From the NCBI RefSeq assembly GCF_057098645.1, contig NZ_JBXSPU010000002.1: a stretch of DNA of 64,000 bases; one strand, 5' to 3'. The DNA comes from a plasmid. Under the pieces are notes generated by a model. It was not told the DNA's origin, searched no databases, and saw only the letters and a list, made by a program, of their open reading frames with translations. Positions 1 to 9,319 of the stretch are shown here, piece by piece (position 1 is the first letter of the stretch; every line of letters starts with the position of its first letter). The translations under genes were made by a program, and so were the position numbers.

Positions 1-460
1 TGAACGTCCTTCCGGACTGACTCAGGCAATCATTGAAGTGGGGCGCATCAACAAAACGCTGTATCTGCTTAATTATATTGATGATGAAGATTACCGCCGG
101 CGCATTCTGACCCAGCTTAATCGGGGAGAAAGTCGCCATGCCGTTGCCAGAGCCATCTGTCACGGTCAAAAAGGTGAGATAAGAAAACGATATACCGACG
201 GTCAGGAAGATCAACTGGGCACACTGGGGCTGGTCACTAACGCCGTCGTGTTATGGAACACTATTTATATGCAGGCAGCCCTGGATCATCTCCGGGCGCA
301 GGGTGAAACACTGAATGATGAAGATATCGCACGCCTCTCCCCGCTTTGCCACGGACATATCAATATGCTCGGCCATTATTCCTTCACGCTGGCAGAACTG
401 GTGACCAAAGGACATCTGAGACCATTAAAAGAGGCGTCAGAGGCAGAAAACGTTGCTTAA
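1..460 (+). CDS. tnpA: Tn3-family transposase TnpA, C-terminal fragment (5' part lies outside window)
   Basis: ORF 38..460 ends ...LRPLKEASEAENVA and its stop sits inside the 38-bp Tn3-type terminal repeat; C-terminal sequence recognised from memory as Tn3/Tn2-type TnpA. Confidence 0.85.
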   Translation, partial: ERPSGLTQAIIEVGRINKTLYLLNYIDDEDYRRRILTQLNRGESRHAVARAICHGQKGEIRKRYTDGQEDQLGTLGLVTNAVVLWNTIYMQAALDHLRAQGETLNDEDIARLSPLCHGHINMLGHYSFTLAELVTKGHLRPLKEASEAENVA

Positions 461-493
461 CGTGAGTTTTCGTTCCACTGAGCGTCAGACCCC
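456..493. repeat. Tn3-family 38-bp terminal inverted repeat
   Basis: CTTAACGTGAGTTTTCGTTCCACTGAGCGTCAGACCCC read directly at the tnpA 3' end. Confidence 0.85.
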
Positions 494-989
494 AGATATC
501 AGCCAGCGGCGCTTTTTTCTGCCAGACAGCTTCCATACGCTGCATTTCAGCAATCCGGCTGTACCCGTCATTCATAAACCATGTCAGTGCCGTCACACAG
601 CAAGCCAGGACGAAGAATATCGTCAGCACAAGATAAATCGCCGATTTCCACGTATAGCGATACATTTCACGGCGCATGGCGTTAACGGAGTCATTAGCTG
701 CTTTCACGACCTGATTAAGGGCATTCACGGCGGGCTTCTGCTGCTCAGTGCCGGCTTGTGTTAACGCCTGCGTAACCTGATTCATAGCGGAGCTGACAGA
801 CTTTCTGACTGTATCGGTCATATTACCGGACGCACTGTCCAGCTCCCGGATAACCTTGCTCAGTGTTTCGCTCTGCCGCTGTAACTGCACGGAGGCAGCC
901 TGAAACTCCTCAGTCAGCGTGCTCACTCGTTTTTCCAGCGCCTGATGATGCCCGATAAGGGCAGCAATCTGTTTAATTTCGTCGCTCAT
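494..989 (-). pseudogene. mobilization-region protein, C-terminally truncated by the Tn3 end
   Basis: ORF 384..989 (minus) runs into the Tn3 IR, so its last ~35 codons are IR-derived; hydrophobic segment plus Q/A-rich region; sits next to a relaxase C-terminal fragment. Confidence 0.35.
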
Positions 990-1001
990 ATCAAATCCTG
1001 C

Positions 1002-1463
1002 TTATCGTGAGAATGACCAGCCTTTATCGGGCTTCTGTCGTTTCTGTTCGGCAATGCGCTGCCGCTCTTTCTCCTGCTGACGCTGTTTTTCCGCCAGTCT
1101 CGCCCGCTCTTTCTGCCGTTCCATTTCCTGATGTATCTCCTGAAACTCCGCCATCGCATCGTTAACAAGGGACTGAAGGTCAATTTCTTCCTGTATGTCC
1201 TTCATGGCATCGCTGACCAGTGCATTCAGCTTCTCCGGCTCTTTTTCAAAATCGAATACCCTGCCGGAAACGGCGTCCTGTTCGGGATCAGATTTCTGCG
1301 TCTGTTTTAGCATCAGAGTGTCCCGCTCACTGATGGCTTCCCGCAGCGAGGTGGTTACGTCAATCACGCTGTCACGTTCATCACAGCACTGCTGAACCTG
1401 TCTTTCCGCTTCCCTGCGCTCAAGAATGGCCTGTAACTGGTCAGTATCGAAGCGCTGAACGTC
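1002..1463 (-). pseudogene. relaxase (MobA-like) C-terminal fragment
   Basis: ORF 1002..1484; charged ERQ-rich tail typical of ColE1-type relaxase C-termini; upstream part replaced by tet(A)-derived sequence from ~1465. Confidence 0.35.
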
Positions 1464-1467
1464 AGGG

Positions 1468-1636
1468 GCAGCTGCAAGGCTCACTGGCGGCGCTCACCAG
1501 CCTGACCTCGATCGTCGGACCCCTCCTCTTCACGGCGATCTATGCGGCTTCTATAACAACGTGGAACGGGTGGGCATGGATTGCAGGCGCTGCCCTCTAC
1601 TTGCTCTGCCTGCCGGCGCTGCGTCGCGGGCTTTGG
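1468..1636 (+). pseudogene. tetA: tet(A) 3' remnant (codes ...LTSIVGPLLFTAIYAASITTWNGWAWIAGAALYLLCLPALRRGLW)
   Basis: plus-frame translation matches the C-terminus of class A TetA; reading frame is cut by the ISCR2 remnant after ...RRGLW. Confidence 0.7.
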
Positions 1637-1939
1637 AGAAATTCTTCAAATTCCCGTTGCACATAGCCCGGCAATTCCTTTCCCTGCTCTGCCATAAGCG
1701 CAGCGAATGCCGGGTAATACTCGTCAACGATCTGATAGAGAAGGGTTTGCTCGGGTCGGTGGCTCTGGTAACGACCAGTATCCCGATCCCGGCTGGCCGT
1801 CCTGGCCGCCACATGAGGCATGTTCCGCGTCCTTGCAATACTGTGTTTACATACAGTCTATCGCTTAGCGGAAAGTTCTTTTACCCTCAGCCGAAATGCC
1901 TGCCGTTGCTAGACATTGCCAGCCAGTGCCCGTCACTCC
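1637..1939 (-). mobile_element. ISCR2 5' remnant (first ~62 codons of the transposase plus upstream end)
   Basis: 1640-1939 is near-identical to 10624-10931 of the complete ISCR2 copy; ORF 1597..1821 starts MPHVAARTASRDRD... like the full transposase and then diverges. Confidence 0.8.
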
Positions 1940-2238
1940 GCGGTCTTCACTGCGTGATCGAGTTGATCGACACCCGCCGTGACACGCTCCATGAAGTGCC
2001 TGCCTGCGTCTGTTAGCCGAACGCCCCGCGCATGGCGCTCAAATAGCAGGACACCAAGGTTATCCTCCAGCGCTTTCACACGCGCGCTGACGCTCGACTG
2101 GCTGATACCAAGTGCCTTGGCCGCATGCCGAAAATTCAGATGCTCGGCGACGGCGATGAACTGAACAAGGGAAATGAGCGGTATCCTGCCAGACAGGATA
2201 CCGACATTCACGAGGTTTCGATGGTTAGTGCGCCGCAT
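1933..2238 (-). CDS. LysR-family regulator, N-terminal HTH fragment (floR-associated)
   Basis: 101-aa ORF with LysR-type HTH (FRHAAKALGISQSSVSARVKALE); lies between floR and the ISCR2 remnant as in published floR cassettes. Confidence 0.75.
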   Translation of the reverse strand: MRRTNHRNLVNVGILSGRIPLISLVQFIAVAEHLNFRHAAKALGISQSSVSARVKALEDNLGVLLFERHARGVRLTDAGRHFMERVTAGVDQLDHAVKTAE

Positions 2239-2265
2239 CGGAGCGGGCCTGCTACCAGTCGTCGG

Positions 2266-3480
2266 TTAGACGACTGGCGACTTCTCGGTGGCAGCCCCAC
2301 GGAGCCGAAGGAGCACCAGCCCCAACGAAACCAGTACCGCCATCGCCGTGGCGTAACAGATCACGGGCCACGCTGTGTCACCGTTTAAAAGTGCCACCGC
2401 CAATGTCCCGACAATGCTGACTATCAGGCTTTGAACGCAGAAGTAGAACGCGACCGCTGATCCCGCGATGTCGTCGAACTCTGCCAAAGCGCCGTTCGCG
2501 GTAACGGACACCGTGAAGACAATACCGACCGCGACAACCCACATCGGTAGGATGAAGGTGAGGAATGACGGCGAGCCGTAAAGTTCGCCGATCCCCAACA
2601 GGACCGCTCCGCAAACAAGCAACGCCATCCCACGCGCCACGCATCCTGCGATGCCCCATCTGGCGACAAAGGACTTCGCGAAACGGGTTGTCACGATCAT
2701 TACAAGCGCGACAGTGGCGAAGGCAAAGCTGAATCCGATCTCGGAATATTCCGCTTGGCCTATGAGCACACGGGGAGCCGTCGAGAAGAAGACGAAGTAG
2801 GTGCCCATACCGGCGCTAAAGCCGACAGTGTAAACCCAAAAAGCCGGACTCGCGAAGATCGGCAAGACAGATCGGCGCGTCTTGACTTGATCCAGAGGGC
2901 GGGTTTCGTGCCACCTGAAACCCGCATTTAGGAGTGCGAGCATCGCCAGTATAGCCAAAGTAATGAATATCGCCTGCCATCCCAAGAACTCGCCGATCCA
3001 TGCTCCGGCGATAGGGCCGAGCGCAGGCACGAACGCCAGCACCGAACTGAAAAGGCCGTAGATGACGACACCCTCAGGACGGTTGGCATAAACGTCGCGA
3101 ACCGTCGCGAACGTCGCCACCAGCATGGCCGACGCGCCCACTGCTTGAAGTAGACGGAAAGCGACAAAGGCCGGTGCAGTTGAAGACCAAGCTGCTCCCA
3201 GAGACGCAATGACGAAAGCCGTTGCGCCCGCAAGTAGAATTGGCCGTCGCCCGATTCTGTCTGAGAGCGGACCAAAAATCACCTGGCCCACGCCGAGCAT
3301 CACCATATAGAGGCTCAACGTGAGTTGGATCATAGCGGGCGTCGTGTTCAGGATGCCGGGCATCGCTGGAACGACAGGGAGATAAATATCCATCGCCAGT
3401 GAAGCGAGGATGTCGAAAGGAGCCATCAGCAGCAGTGCTGCCGGCAGCGTATAGGCCCACGCGGGGCGTGTGGTGGTCAT
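2266..3480 (-). CDS. floR: FloR florfenicol/chloramphenicol MFS exporter (404 aa)
   Basis: full-length 404-aa ORF MTTTRPAWAYTLPAALLLMAPFDILASLAMDIY... recognised as FloR; 12-TM MFS profile. Confidence 0.95.
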   Translation of the reverse strand: MTTTRPAWAYTLPAALLLMAPFDILASLAMDIYLPVVPAMPGILNTTPAMIQLTLSLYMVMLGVGQVIFGPLSDRIGRRPILLAGATAFVIASLGAAWSSTAPAFVAFRLLQAVGASAMLVATFATVRDVYANRPEGVVIYGLFSSVLAFVPALGPIAGAWIGEFLGWQAIFITLAILAMLALLNAGFRWHETRPLDQVKTRRSVLPIFASPAFWVYTVGFSAGMGTYFVFFSTAPRVLIGQAEYSEIGFSFAFATVALVMIVTTRFAKSFVARWGIAGCVARGMALLVCGAVLLGIGELYGSPSFLTFILPMWVVAVGIVFTVSVTANGALAEFDDIAGSAVAFYFCVQSLIVSIVGTLAVALLNGDTAWPVICYATAMAVLVSLGLVLLRLRGAATEKSPVV

Positions 3481-3696
3481 GACGAATCAACCCTCGATTA
3501 AGGAATACCGGGCGACGTCTGCTCGTCAGCAATCAGATGAGACTAGCCTTACAGAGCGCCGCAACAACAATACTGGTTGTTGCGGCTTACTTGTCTGCTG
3601 ACTTGGAATTTCCCATCTGATTACTCCACGCTTACGAATATGAATTGCTACATTTTATCCGATTATCTTTTGCTTCGCAATGCGGCATGGGCGCAC

Positions 3697-4581
3697 TCAG
3701 CGTTCCAGCCCCCTCTGCCGCCCTAACTGCCACGACACCGACCCGCCCTGCACGATGCCCATAACCTCGCGGCCGAGTTGGCGGTCGATGATCGGCCGCC
3801 ACGGGACAAGGGTGAACTCATGGGATTTCTCGACCACGGCGAACTTGCCGCTCGATAGATGCACGGTTCCGGTAAACTTGCCGCTGACGCTCTCGCCGTC
3901 CGTGGCGGCGCGGAACGGCAGGCCCTTACTCAAAGCCATATCCGATCCGACGCCGGCTACCTCGCGCTCCCGCAGGATGGCGAGAAGGTTGCGCCGGTAG
4001 AAGACGCGGCTGTCCCGGCTGCGGGTGGCGTCGCCCTGTTCGATATGGTGCTCGCGGCGCTGGTCCATGGCTTCGCGGACTTGTTGCCCGAAGCCGGTTG
4101 GCGCAAGGTCGGCCGTCTCGCCGTGGATCAGCCGCCGGTCCAGCCAGGTCGCGCCGTCCGATCCGATCTGTTTGTTCAGATCGACCGGGGAAAGGACGCG
4201 AACGCTGGCCTGACTGTCTCGGCCGGCGTCATGGGCGGCGGCACGGCTGACCAGATCATCGGGGATGCGCCATTGGTCGGCGTCGATCCGCTCGACGATA
4301 CCGGCCCGGCGTAGCGCCTCCAGCCGGCGCACATGGGCATCGACATAGCCCTCATAGTCGCCGCCTGGAACGCGGCACGTATAGGAAGAATAAACGCCCT
4401 TTTCACCCAAGTCCAACAGCTTTGGACCGCAGTTGACTCTTTCGACACCCCTGCGATGCAACCCAATCCGGCTGACGGGGAGCCAGCAACGCTGAAAATT
4501 TACCCTCCTCTTTCCCACTAGCGGCTCCTTTTCCGACAACCAGCACGGCGGATCCCTGCCGCGGCGCTGTGAACGCAGCAT
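3697..4581 (-). CDS. VirD2-like relaxase-domain protein (truncated form usually found between ISCR2 and floR)
   Basis: 294-aa ORF; its first ~68 codons are duplicated next to the second ISCR2 copy (9085-9289); position matches the known ISCR2-virD2-floR arrangement. Confidence 0.6.
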   Translation of the reverse strand: MLRSQRRGRDPPCWLSEKEPLVGKRRVNFQRCWLPVSRIGLHRRGVERVNCGPKLLDLGEKGVYSSYTCRVPGGDYEGYVDAHVRRLEALRRAGIVERIDADQWRIPDDLVSRAAAHDAGRDSQASVRVLSPVDLNKQIGSDGATWLDRRLIHGETADLAPTGFGQQVREAMDQRREHHIEQGDATRSRDSRVFYRRNLLAILREREVAGVGSDMALSKGLPFRAATDGESVSGKFTGTVHLSSGKFAVVEKSHEFTLVPWRPIIDRQLGREVMGIVQGGSVSWQLGRQRGLER

Positions 4582-5970
4582 TTTGATTGGTATCGTTGGC
4601 CTTCAGGCTCGTCAGTCAAACAGACCCAGGAGCAGCTCAGCCGGTGGCGCCCGGCTTTCGGGTAACGCCCTGGTCCCGCTGGTTTCGGCTTTGTGCTTCA
4701 GGTGATCAAGGATCTGCTTGATCACTATAGGGTCTTCAATGCAGGCGATGACTTTCATGGCGCCGCCGCAGCCGCTGCAGGTCTCGATGTCGATATTGAA
4801 AACACGCTTGAGCCGTTGCGCCCATGTCATCGACGCTCGCCGTTGTGCTGGTGTTGCCGGTTCATCAGCCACCCTGACCTTGTTGCCCCTGCCCCGTTTT
4901 GCCGGCGTGACCAACGCCCGGTGCCGACTGTTGGGTGCGAACACCCCGTGGAAGCGGGTTAGGTTGACTCTGGGCTTCGGTACCAGGGCGGCCAGCCTTG
5001 CAATGAAATCCAATGGTTCGAAAATGACGTGCGTGGTGCCGTCCTGGTACGGCGTCTTGAGCTGGTAGCGCACGTTGCCGCCTCGTGTTAACGACAGCCG
5101 CTTCTCGGATACCGCCGGGCGGCTGATGTACCGGCACAGCCGTTCGAGCTTCTTGCGTTCATCGGCCCTGGCCGCCACGCCGGCGTGCAGGCTGGACCCG
5201 GCTACCTTGCCAATCCCGTCACCGAACGGATCACCACTGGTCGGCAGAGTTTGCAAAGTGAACACCTTTCGCCCCGCCTGTGAACCGACAGCGATACGGT
5301 AAGTGATCGAGTGCCCCAGCAGGGGTGTCATCGGGTCGTCATCCACCGCATCCGAGGCCAGATAGCTGTTTTCGACATCCCGTTCCAGCAGGCCTTGCCG
5401 TTCCAGATAGCGACCCACCCGGTGGGCGATGGTGTGCGTCAGCTGGGTGAGCTCTGGGCTGGTCGGCGCCTTGACCCAGCGGAAACGCGCTGAGCCGTGG
5501 GATTGCTCGACATACACACCGTCGAGAAACAGCATGTGGAAGTGAACATTCAGATTGAGCGCCGATCCAAAACGCTGGATCAGGGTGACCGCGCCCGTCT
5601 TGGCCACTTGGTGGGTATGGCCCGCTTTCTTGACCAGGTGCGTGGCAATGACGCGGTAAACGATGCCCAGCACCCACCCCATGATCTCGGGCCGGCTGGC
5701 AAACAGGAAACGCAGCTGAAACGGGAAGCTCAACACCCACTGACGCATGGGTTGTTCAGGCAGTACTTCATCAACCAGCAAGGCGGCACTTTCGGCCATC
5801 CGCCGCGCCCCACAGCTCGGGCAGAAACCGCGACGCTTACAGCTGAAAGCGACCAGGTGCTCGGCGTGGCAAGACTCGCAGCGAACCCGTAGAAAGCCAT
5901 GCTCCAGCCGCCCGCATTGGAGAAATTCTTCAAATTCCCGTTGCACATAGCCCGGCAATTCCTTTCCCTG
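4378..5970 (-). mobile_element. ISCR2, 5'-truncated copy
   Basis: 4378-5970 aligns with 9085-10677 of the complete copy; similarity ends at 5970 where the low-GC zitR segment begins. Confidence 0.85.
4612..5958 (-). pseudogene. ISCR2 rolling-circle transposase (IS91 family), N-terminally truncated (448 of 497 aa)
   Basis: ORF identical to residues 50-497 of the 9320..10813 ORF apart from 1-2 substitutions. Confidence 0.85.
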
Positions 5971-5989
5971 TTTTGATCTCCTTTTTTCA

Positions 5990-6445
5990 TTATTCTTCTA
6001 AGTAATTTGTTAAAGCTTCCAAGAACAGCTGGGCTTTAGCCAATGTTTCATCATCCATCGTTGCCAAAAAATTTAAATAATTTGCTTTAGCTTGCTCATG
6101 CAACACATGATGAATATCCGCAATATGCTCACCTTCTTTCGTTAACTGATAAAAAATCGACTTTTGATTATCTTCCACTTGGTATGTCGTGATTAATTCA
6201 TCCTTCAATAACTTATTCACAGCCTTTGAAACTGCTGCTTTTGTTAACGCTAAAGCATCACTGAGCACTTTATTATTCACAGCATCATGTTGCTGAATAC
6301 AGCTCAAAATATGCAATTGCGTTAATGTGTAATTGCCCAAATCCTTCAATAAAATTTCACGCTTTTTCTCTCGATGAATTTCTTGTGCATGTATTAACTT
6401 TACTAAAGTTCGATACATTTTTTCTGTTTGTGTTGTCATAATCAT
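5990..6445 (-). CDS. zitR: MarR-family transcriptional regulator (zitR-like)
   Basis: 151-aa ORF with winged-helix MarR-like core; low-GC; position matches the zitR of published tet(X4) contexts. Confidence 0.7.
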   Translation of the reverse strand: MIMTTQTEKMYRTLVKLIHAQEIHREKKREILLKDLGNYTLTQLHILSCIQQHDAVNNKVLSDALALTKAAVSKAVNKLLKDELITTYQVEDNQKSIFYQLTKEGEHIADIHHVLHEQAKANYLNFLATMDDETLAKAQLFLEALTNYLEE

Positions 6446-6667
6446 TATCTCAGCTTTGTTTACCAGTTAACTATATTCCTGATTTAAATTATTGTCAACT
6501 GGTTAACTATAAATTTGAGTTAGTTTTATAAATACTTATAATGTTCCAATGATCAATAATCCTTTACTCAAAAAACCGAGAATCGCTCGCGGTTGATGCA
6601 CTTGGAATGTAGTGCATCGAATCGATAAAACATTCCATGTATTTGCCATTTTATTTGGAGCTTTGTC

Positions 6668-7297
6668 ATGGAAAAAAAACATTGGTCAAAAGTGGAATAT
6701 CTCCACGAAACTGTTAAAAACTCAAACATTATCATTAAAGGTCAACATAGCTATTACAGCGATTGTTGGGATCAGGGCTTTGAAGCTTCTGTTGTGCGCT
6801 ATTTATATGGCGATGAAGAAAGCTTAAAGTGGGAACCTTTATGGCACATCGATCAATTATACATTGGTGATTATGTCTGCATTGGCGCAGAAGCGGTAAT
6901 TCTCATGGGCGGCAATCATACACATCGCGCAGATTGGTTCAGCTTATATCCTTTTATGGAAACTATCATCGATGCTTATCAAAGCAAAGGTGATACGCAT
7001 ATTCATGATAGCGCTTGGATCGGTATGCGAGCGATGATTATGCCAGGCATCACAATTGGAGAAGGCGCAATCGTTGCCGCTGGCAGTATTGTGACAAAAG
7101 ATGTGGAACCTTATGCAATTGTAGGTGGATCACCTGCACAATTAGTAAAATACAGATTTCCACCAGAGATCATTCAACAGTTATTAGCATTGCATATTTA
7201 TGATTGGGCACCTGAGAAGTTTCAGGCGCTTCGCCCATTCTTAACACAAAATAATATCGAAGCATTGATTGAAGCTGAGAAACATTATTCGCTGTAA
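6668..7297 (+). CDS. cat: hexapeptide-repeat xenobiotic acetyltransferase (CatB/Vat-like)
   Basis: 209-aa ORF with left-handed beta-helix hexapeptide motifs (IGDYVCIGAEAVIL..., WIGMRAMIMPGITIGEGAIVAAGSIVTKDVEPYAIVGGSPA) typical of CatB/Vat acetyltransferases. Confidence 0.75.
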   Translation: MEKKHWSKVEYLHETVKNSNIIIKGQHSYYSDCWDQGFEASVVRYLYGDEESLKWEPLWHIDQLYIGDYVCIGAEAVILMGGNHTHRADWFSLYPFMETIIDAYQSKGDTHIHDSAWIGMRAMIMPGITIGEGAIVAAGSIVTKDVEPYAIVGGSPAQLVKYRFPPEIIQQLLALHIYDWAPEKFQALRPFLTQNNIEALIEAEKHYSL

Positions 7298-7344
7298 TCG
7301 TGATTTTCCTTAATGTATCTATCCCTTCCTTTAGAAGGGATCGT

Positions 7345-8958
7345 TTAAAAATTTTCCTGCCACTGCCAACCGTTTTCAGTTGCCACTAAATATTTTGTAA
7401 TACCAATATTTTCTAAAAATTCTTGATCATGAGCCACAATCACTAAAGCGCCACGATAACTTTGTAATAATTGTTCCAATGCTTGTAATGATGGTAAATC
7501 CAAGTGATTATTGGGTTCATCTAGCAATAGCAATTGTGCAGGCTTTTTTTGATATAAAGCCAGAATCAAAGCTGCTTTTAGCTGTTCACCACCACTTAAA
7601 GCCTTCATCGGCTGATTAATCACTGTATTGTCCAATCCCAACTGCGCTAGCTGCATTCTTAAATCTGTAATTTTCTCTTTGGTTTGCCCGTCTGAAACCT
7701 GCTCCAAAATAGATTTTGATAAATCCAAGGAAGACAATTGTTGATCCAAATAAGCAAAACTCACATGATGTATTACTTCGCCTTGTGAGGGCGAAATCTT
7801 CCCTGCTAATGCTTTCAACAATACAGATTTACCACTGCCATTTTTACCCACAATTGCAATGCGATCGCCCTTCTCAATTTGCCCATGAAATTCGCACAGG
7901 TGCTCAGCTAAATATGGCAATATCAGCTGGTTCAATTCTGCTAATATTTTCGGCACAAAAGCATCCACATCATAACCATGCAACACAACAGATTCCTGCT
8001 GATCTATGCGATTTTTTGCAGATTGAATGGCTAATTTACCTTGTTCAGCAATCTGATCACGTTGCTGCTTTGCTTTGCCTGAACTTAATTCACTACGGTT
8101 CTTTTGGCGATCTAACAATATCTTTGCTTGATTTTGCTCACCGCGTTGCTTATTGGCTTGAGAGGATCGTTTAGCTTGTCGCTCCAATTGTTGTTGTACA
8201 ACTGCCAAGCGCTTTTTCTCTGTCTGTTTTACTGCATTCAATTGCTGAATAGCAGAAGCTAATTCGGCATCCCTTTGCTCAATATAATCTTGATAAGCAC
8301 CGCTATATGCTGTTAAGCCTTTAGCAGATAATTCCACAATGGCATTCACTTGGTTCAACAAATAACGATCATGAGTAATGATGATCACCTGCCCTTGCCA
8401 TGATTGAATCATCGACCATAAAACTTGTTTATAGTGATAATCCAAATGATTACTTGGCTCATCCAAAATCAAAATTTGTGCTTGTGATAAGAAAGCAGCC
8501 GCAATGCGAATACGCATTTGCTCACCACCACTTAATTGCTGCATAGCAGTTGCTAACGAAACATGGGATAAAGACAGATCAGCCAATAAATTCAGAGCCT
8601 CATCCTGAATGCACCAACGCGAACCCACAGTTTCAAAATCATCAGGATCAACACTACCATTTTCAATGCGTTGTAATGCATCCAATATAGACTGAATCCC
8701 CAGTGCTTCAGCAACGGTTTCGGCACTATTTTCATGGGCTTTTTGTGATAAGTAATAAACTAAATCTCTATTGATACATGAGCCTTCCGTTGGCAATAAT
8801 CGCCCCGCCATGATTTGTGCCAATAAGCTTTTGCCCACGCCATTTCGCCCAATCAAAGCTGTGATTGGCTGAGAGAATGTATAAGTTAAATTTGAAAAAA
8901 CTGTGTTGCCATTTGGCAAACCATAAGACAACTGATTAAGCTGCAAAAATTTGGACAT
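7345..8958 (-). CDS. yheS: ABC-F family tandem-ATPase (YheS-like; no transmembrane domain)
   Basis: 537-aa ORF with two ABC cassettes (Walker A GRNGVGKS and GKNGSGKS, signature LSGGEQ twice) separated by a charged linker. Confidence 0.75.
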   Translation of the reverse strand: MSKFLQLNQLSYGLPNGNTVFSNLTYTFSQPITALIGRNGVGKSLLAQIMAGRLLPTEGSCINRDLVYYLSQKAHENSAETVAEALGIQSILDALQRIENGSVDPDDFETVGSRWCIQDEALNLLADLSLSHVSLATAMQQLSGGEQMRIRIAAAFLSQAQILILDEPSNHLDYHYKQVLWSMIQSWQGQVIIITHDRYLLNQVNAIVELSAKGLTAYSGAYQDYIEQRDAELASAIQQLNAVKQTEKKRLAVVQQQLERQAKRSSQANKQRGEQNQAKILLDRQKNRSELSSGKAKQQRDQIAEQGKLAIQSAKNRIDQQESVVLHGYDVDAFVPKILAELNQLILPYLAEHLCEFHGQIEKGDRIAIVGKNGSGKSVLLKALAGKISPSQGEVIHHVSFAYLDQQLSSLDLSKSILEQVSDGQTKEKITDLRMQLAQLGLDNTVINQPMKALSGGEQLKAALILALYQKKPAQLLLLDEPNNHLDLPSLQALEQLLQSYRGALVIVAHDQEFLENIGITKYLVATENGWQWQENF

Positions 8959-9084
8959 AAAACCTCCTTGATTGATCGTAATAACAAGTCAAATCAAGTT
9001 AATTGTTCATGTCAGCAAACCTCATCAGTTCTAAATTAAGATGCACGTATTTTAACTTTGTACAAAATAAAGTCAATGAAAAAC

Positions 9085-9289
9085 ACGTATAGGAAGAATA
9101 AACGCCCTTTTCACCCAAGTCCAACAGCTTTGGACCGCAGTTGACTCTTTCGACACCCCTGCGATGCAACCCAATCCGGCTGACGGGGAGCCAGCAACGC
9201 TGAAAATTTACCCTCCTCTTTCCCACTAGCGGCTCCTTTTCCGACAACCAGCACGGCGGATCCCTGCCGCGGCGCTGTGAACGCAGCAT
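9085..9289 (-). pseudogene. 5' fragment of virD2-like gene carried on the 3' flank of ISCR2
   Basis: 9085-9320 duplicates 4378-4612; ORF 8999..9289 starts MLRSQRRGRDPPCW... exactly as the virD2-like ORF and then diverges. Confidence 0.6.
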
Positions 9290-9319
9290 TTTGATTGGTA
9301 TCGTTGGCCTTCAGGCTCG

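Noticed and set aside
384-493. The 3' part of ORF 384..989 (minus strand) that extends through the Tn3 IR into tnpA
   Set aside because: That portion is antisense to Tn3 tnpA and IR sequence; the ORF is a truncated mob gene whose reading frame happens to stay open in the transposon end.
2378-3532. Several 80-150 aa ORFs antisense to or overlapping floR (e.g. 2378..2659, 2424..2669, 2928..3275, 3074..3532)
   Set aside because: They lie entirely inside the well-recognised floR gene on other frames or the opposite strand; open frames of this kind are common in GC-rich sequence and have no RBS or recognisable product.
4693-5990. Multiple ORFs inside and across the end of the truncated ISCR2 copy (e.g. 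4718..5068, 5339..5740, 5497..5892, 5730..5990), duplicated in the complete copy at 9401-10830
   Set aside because: All overlap the ISCR2 transposase gene in other frames; 5730..5990 crosses the ISCR2/zitR junction and is a chimeric open frame.
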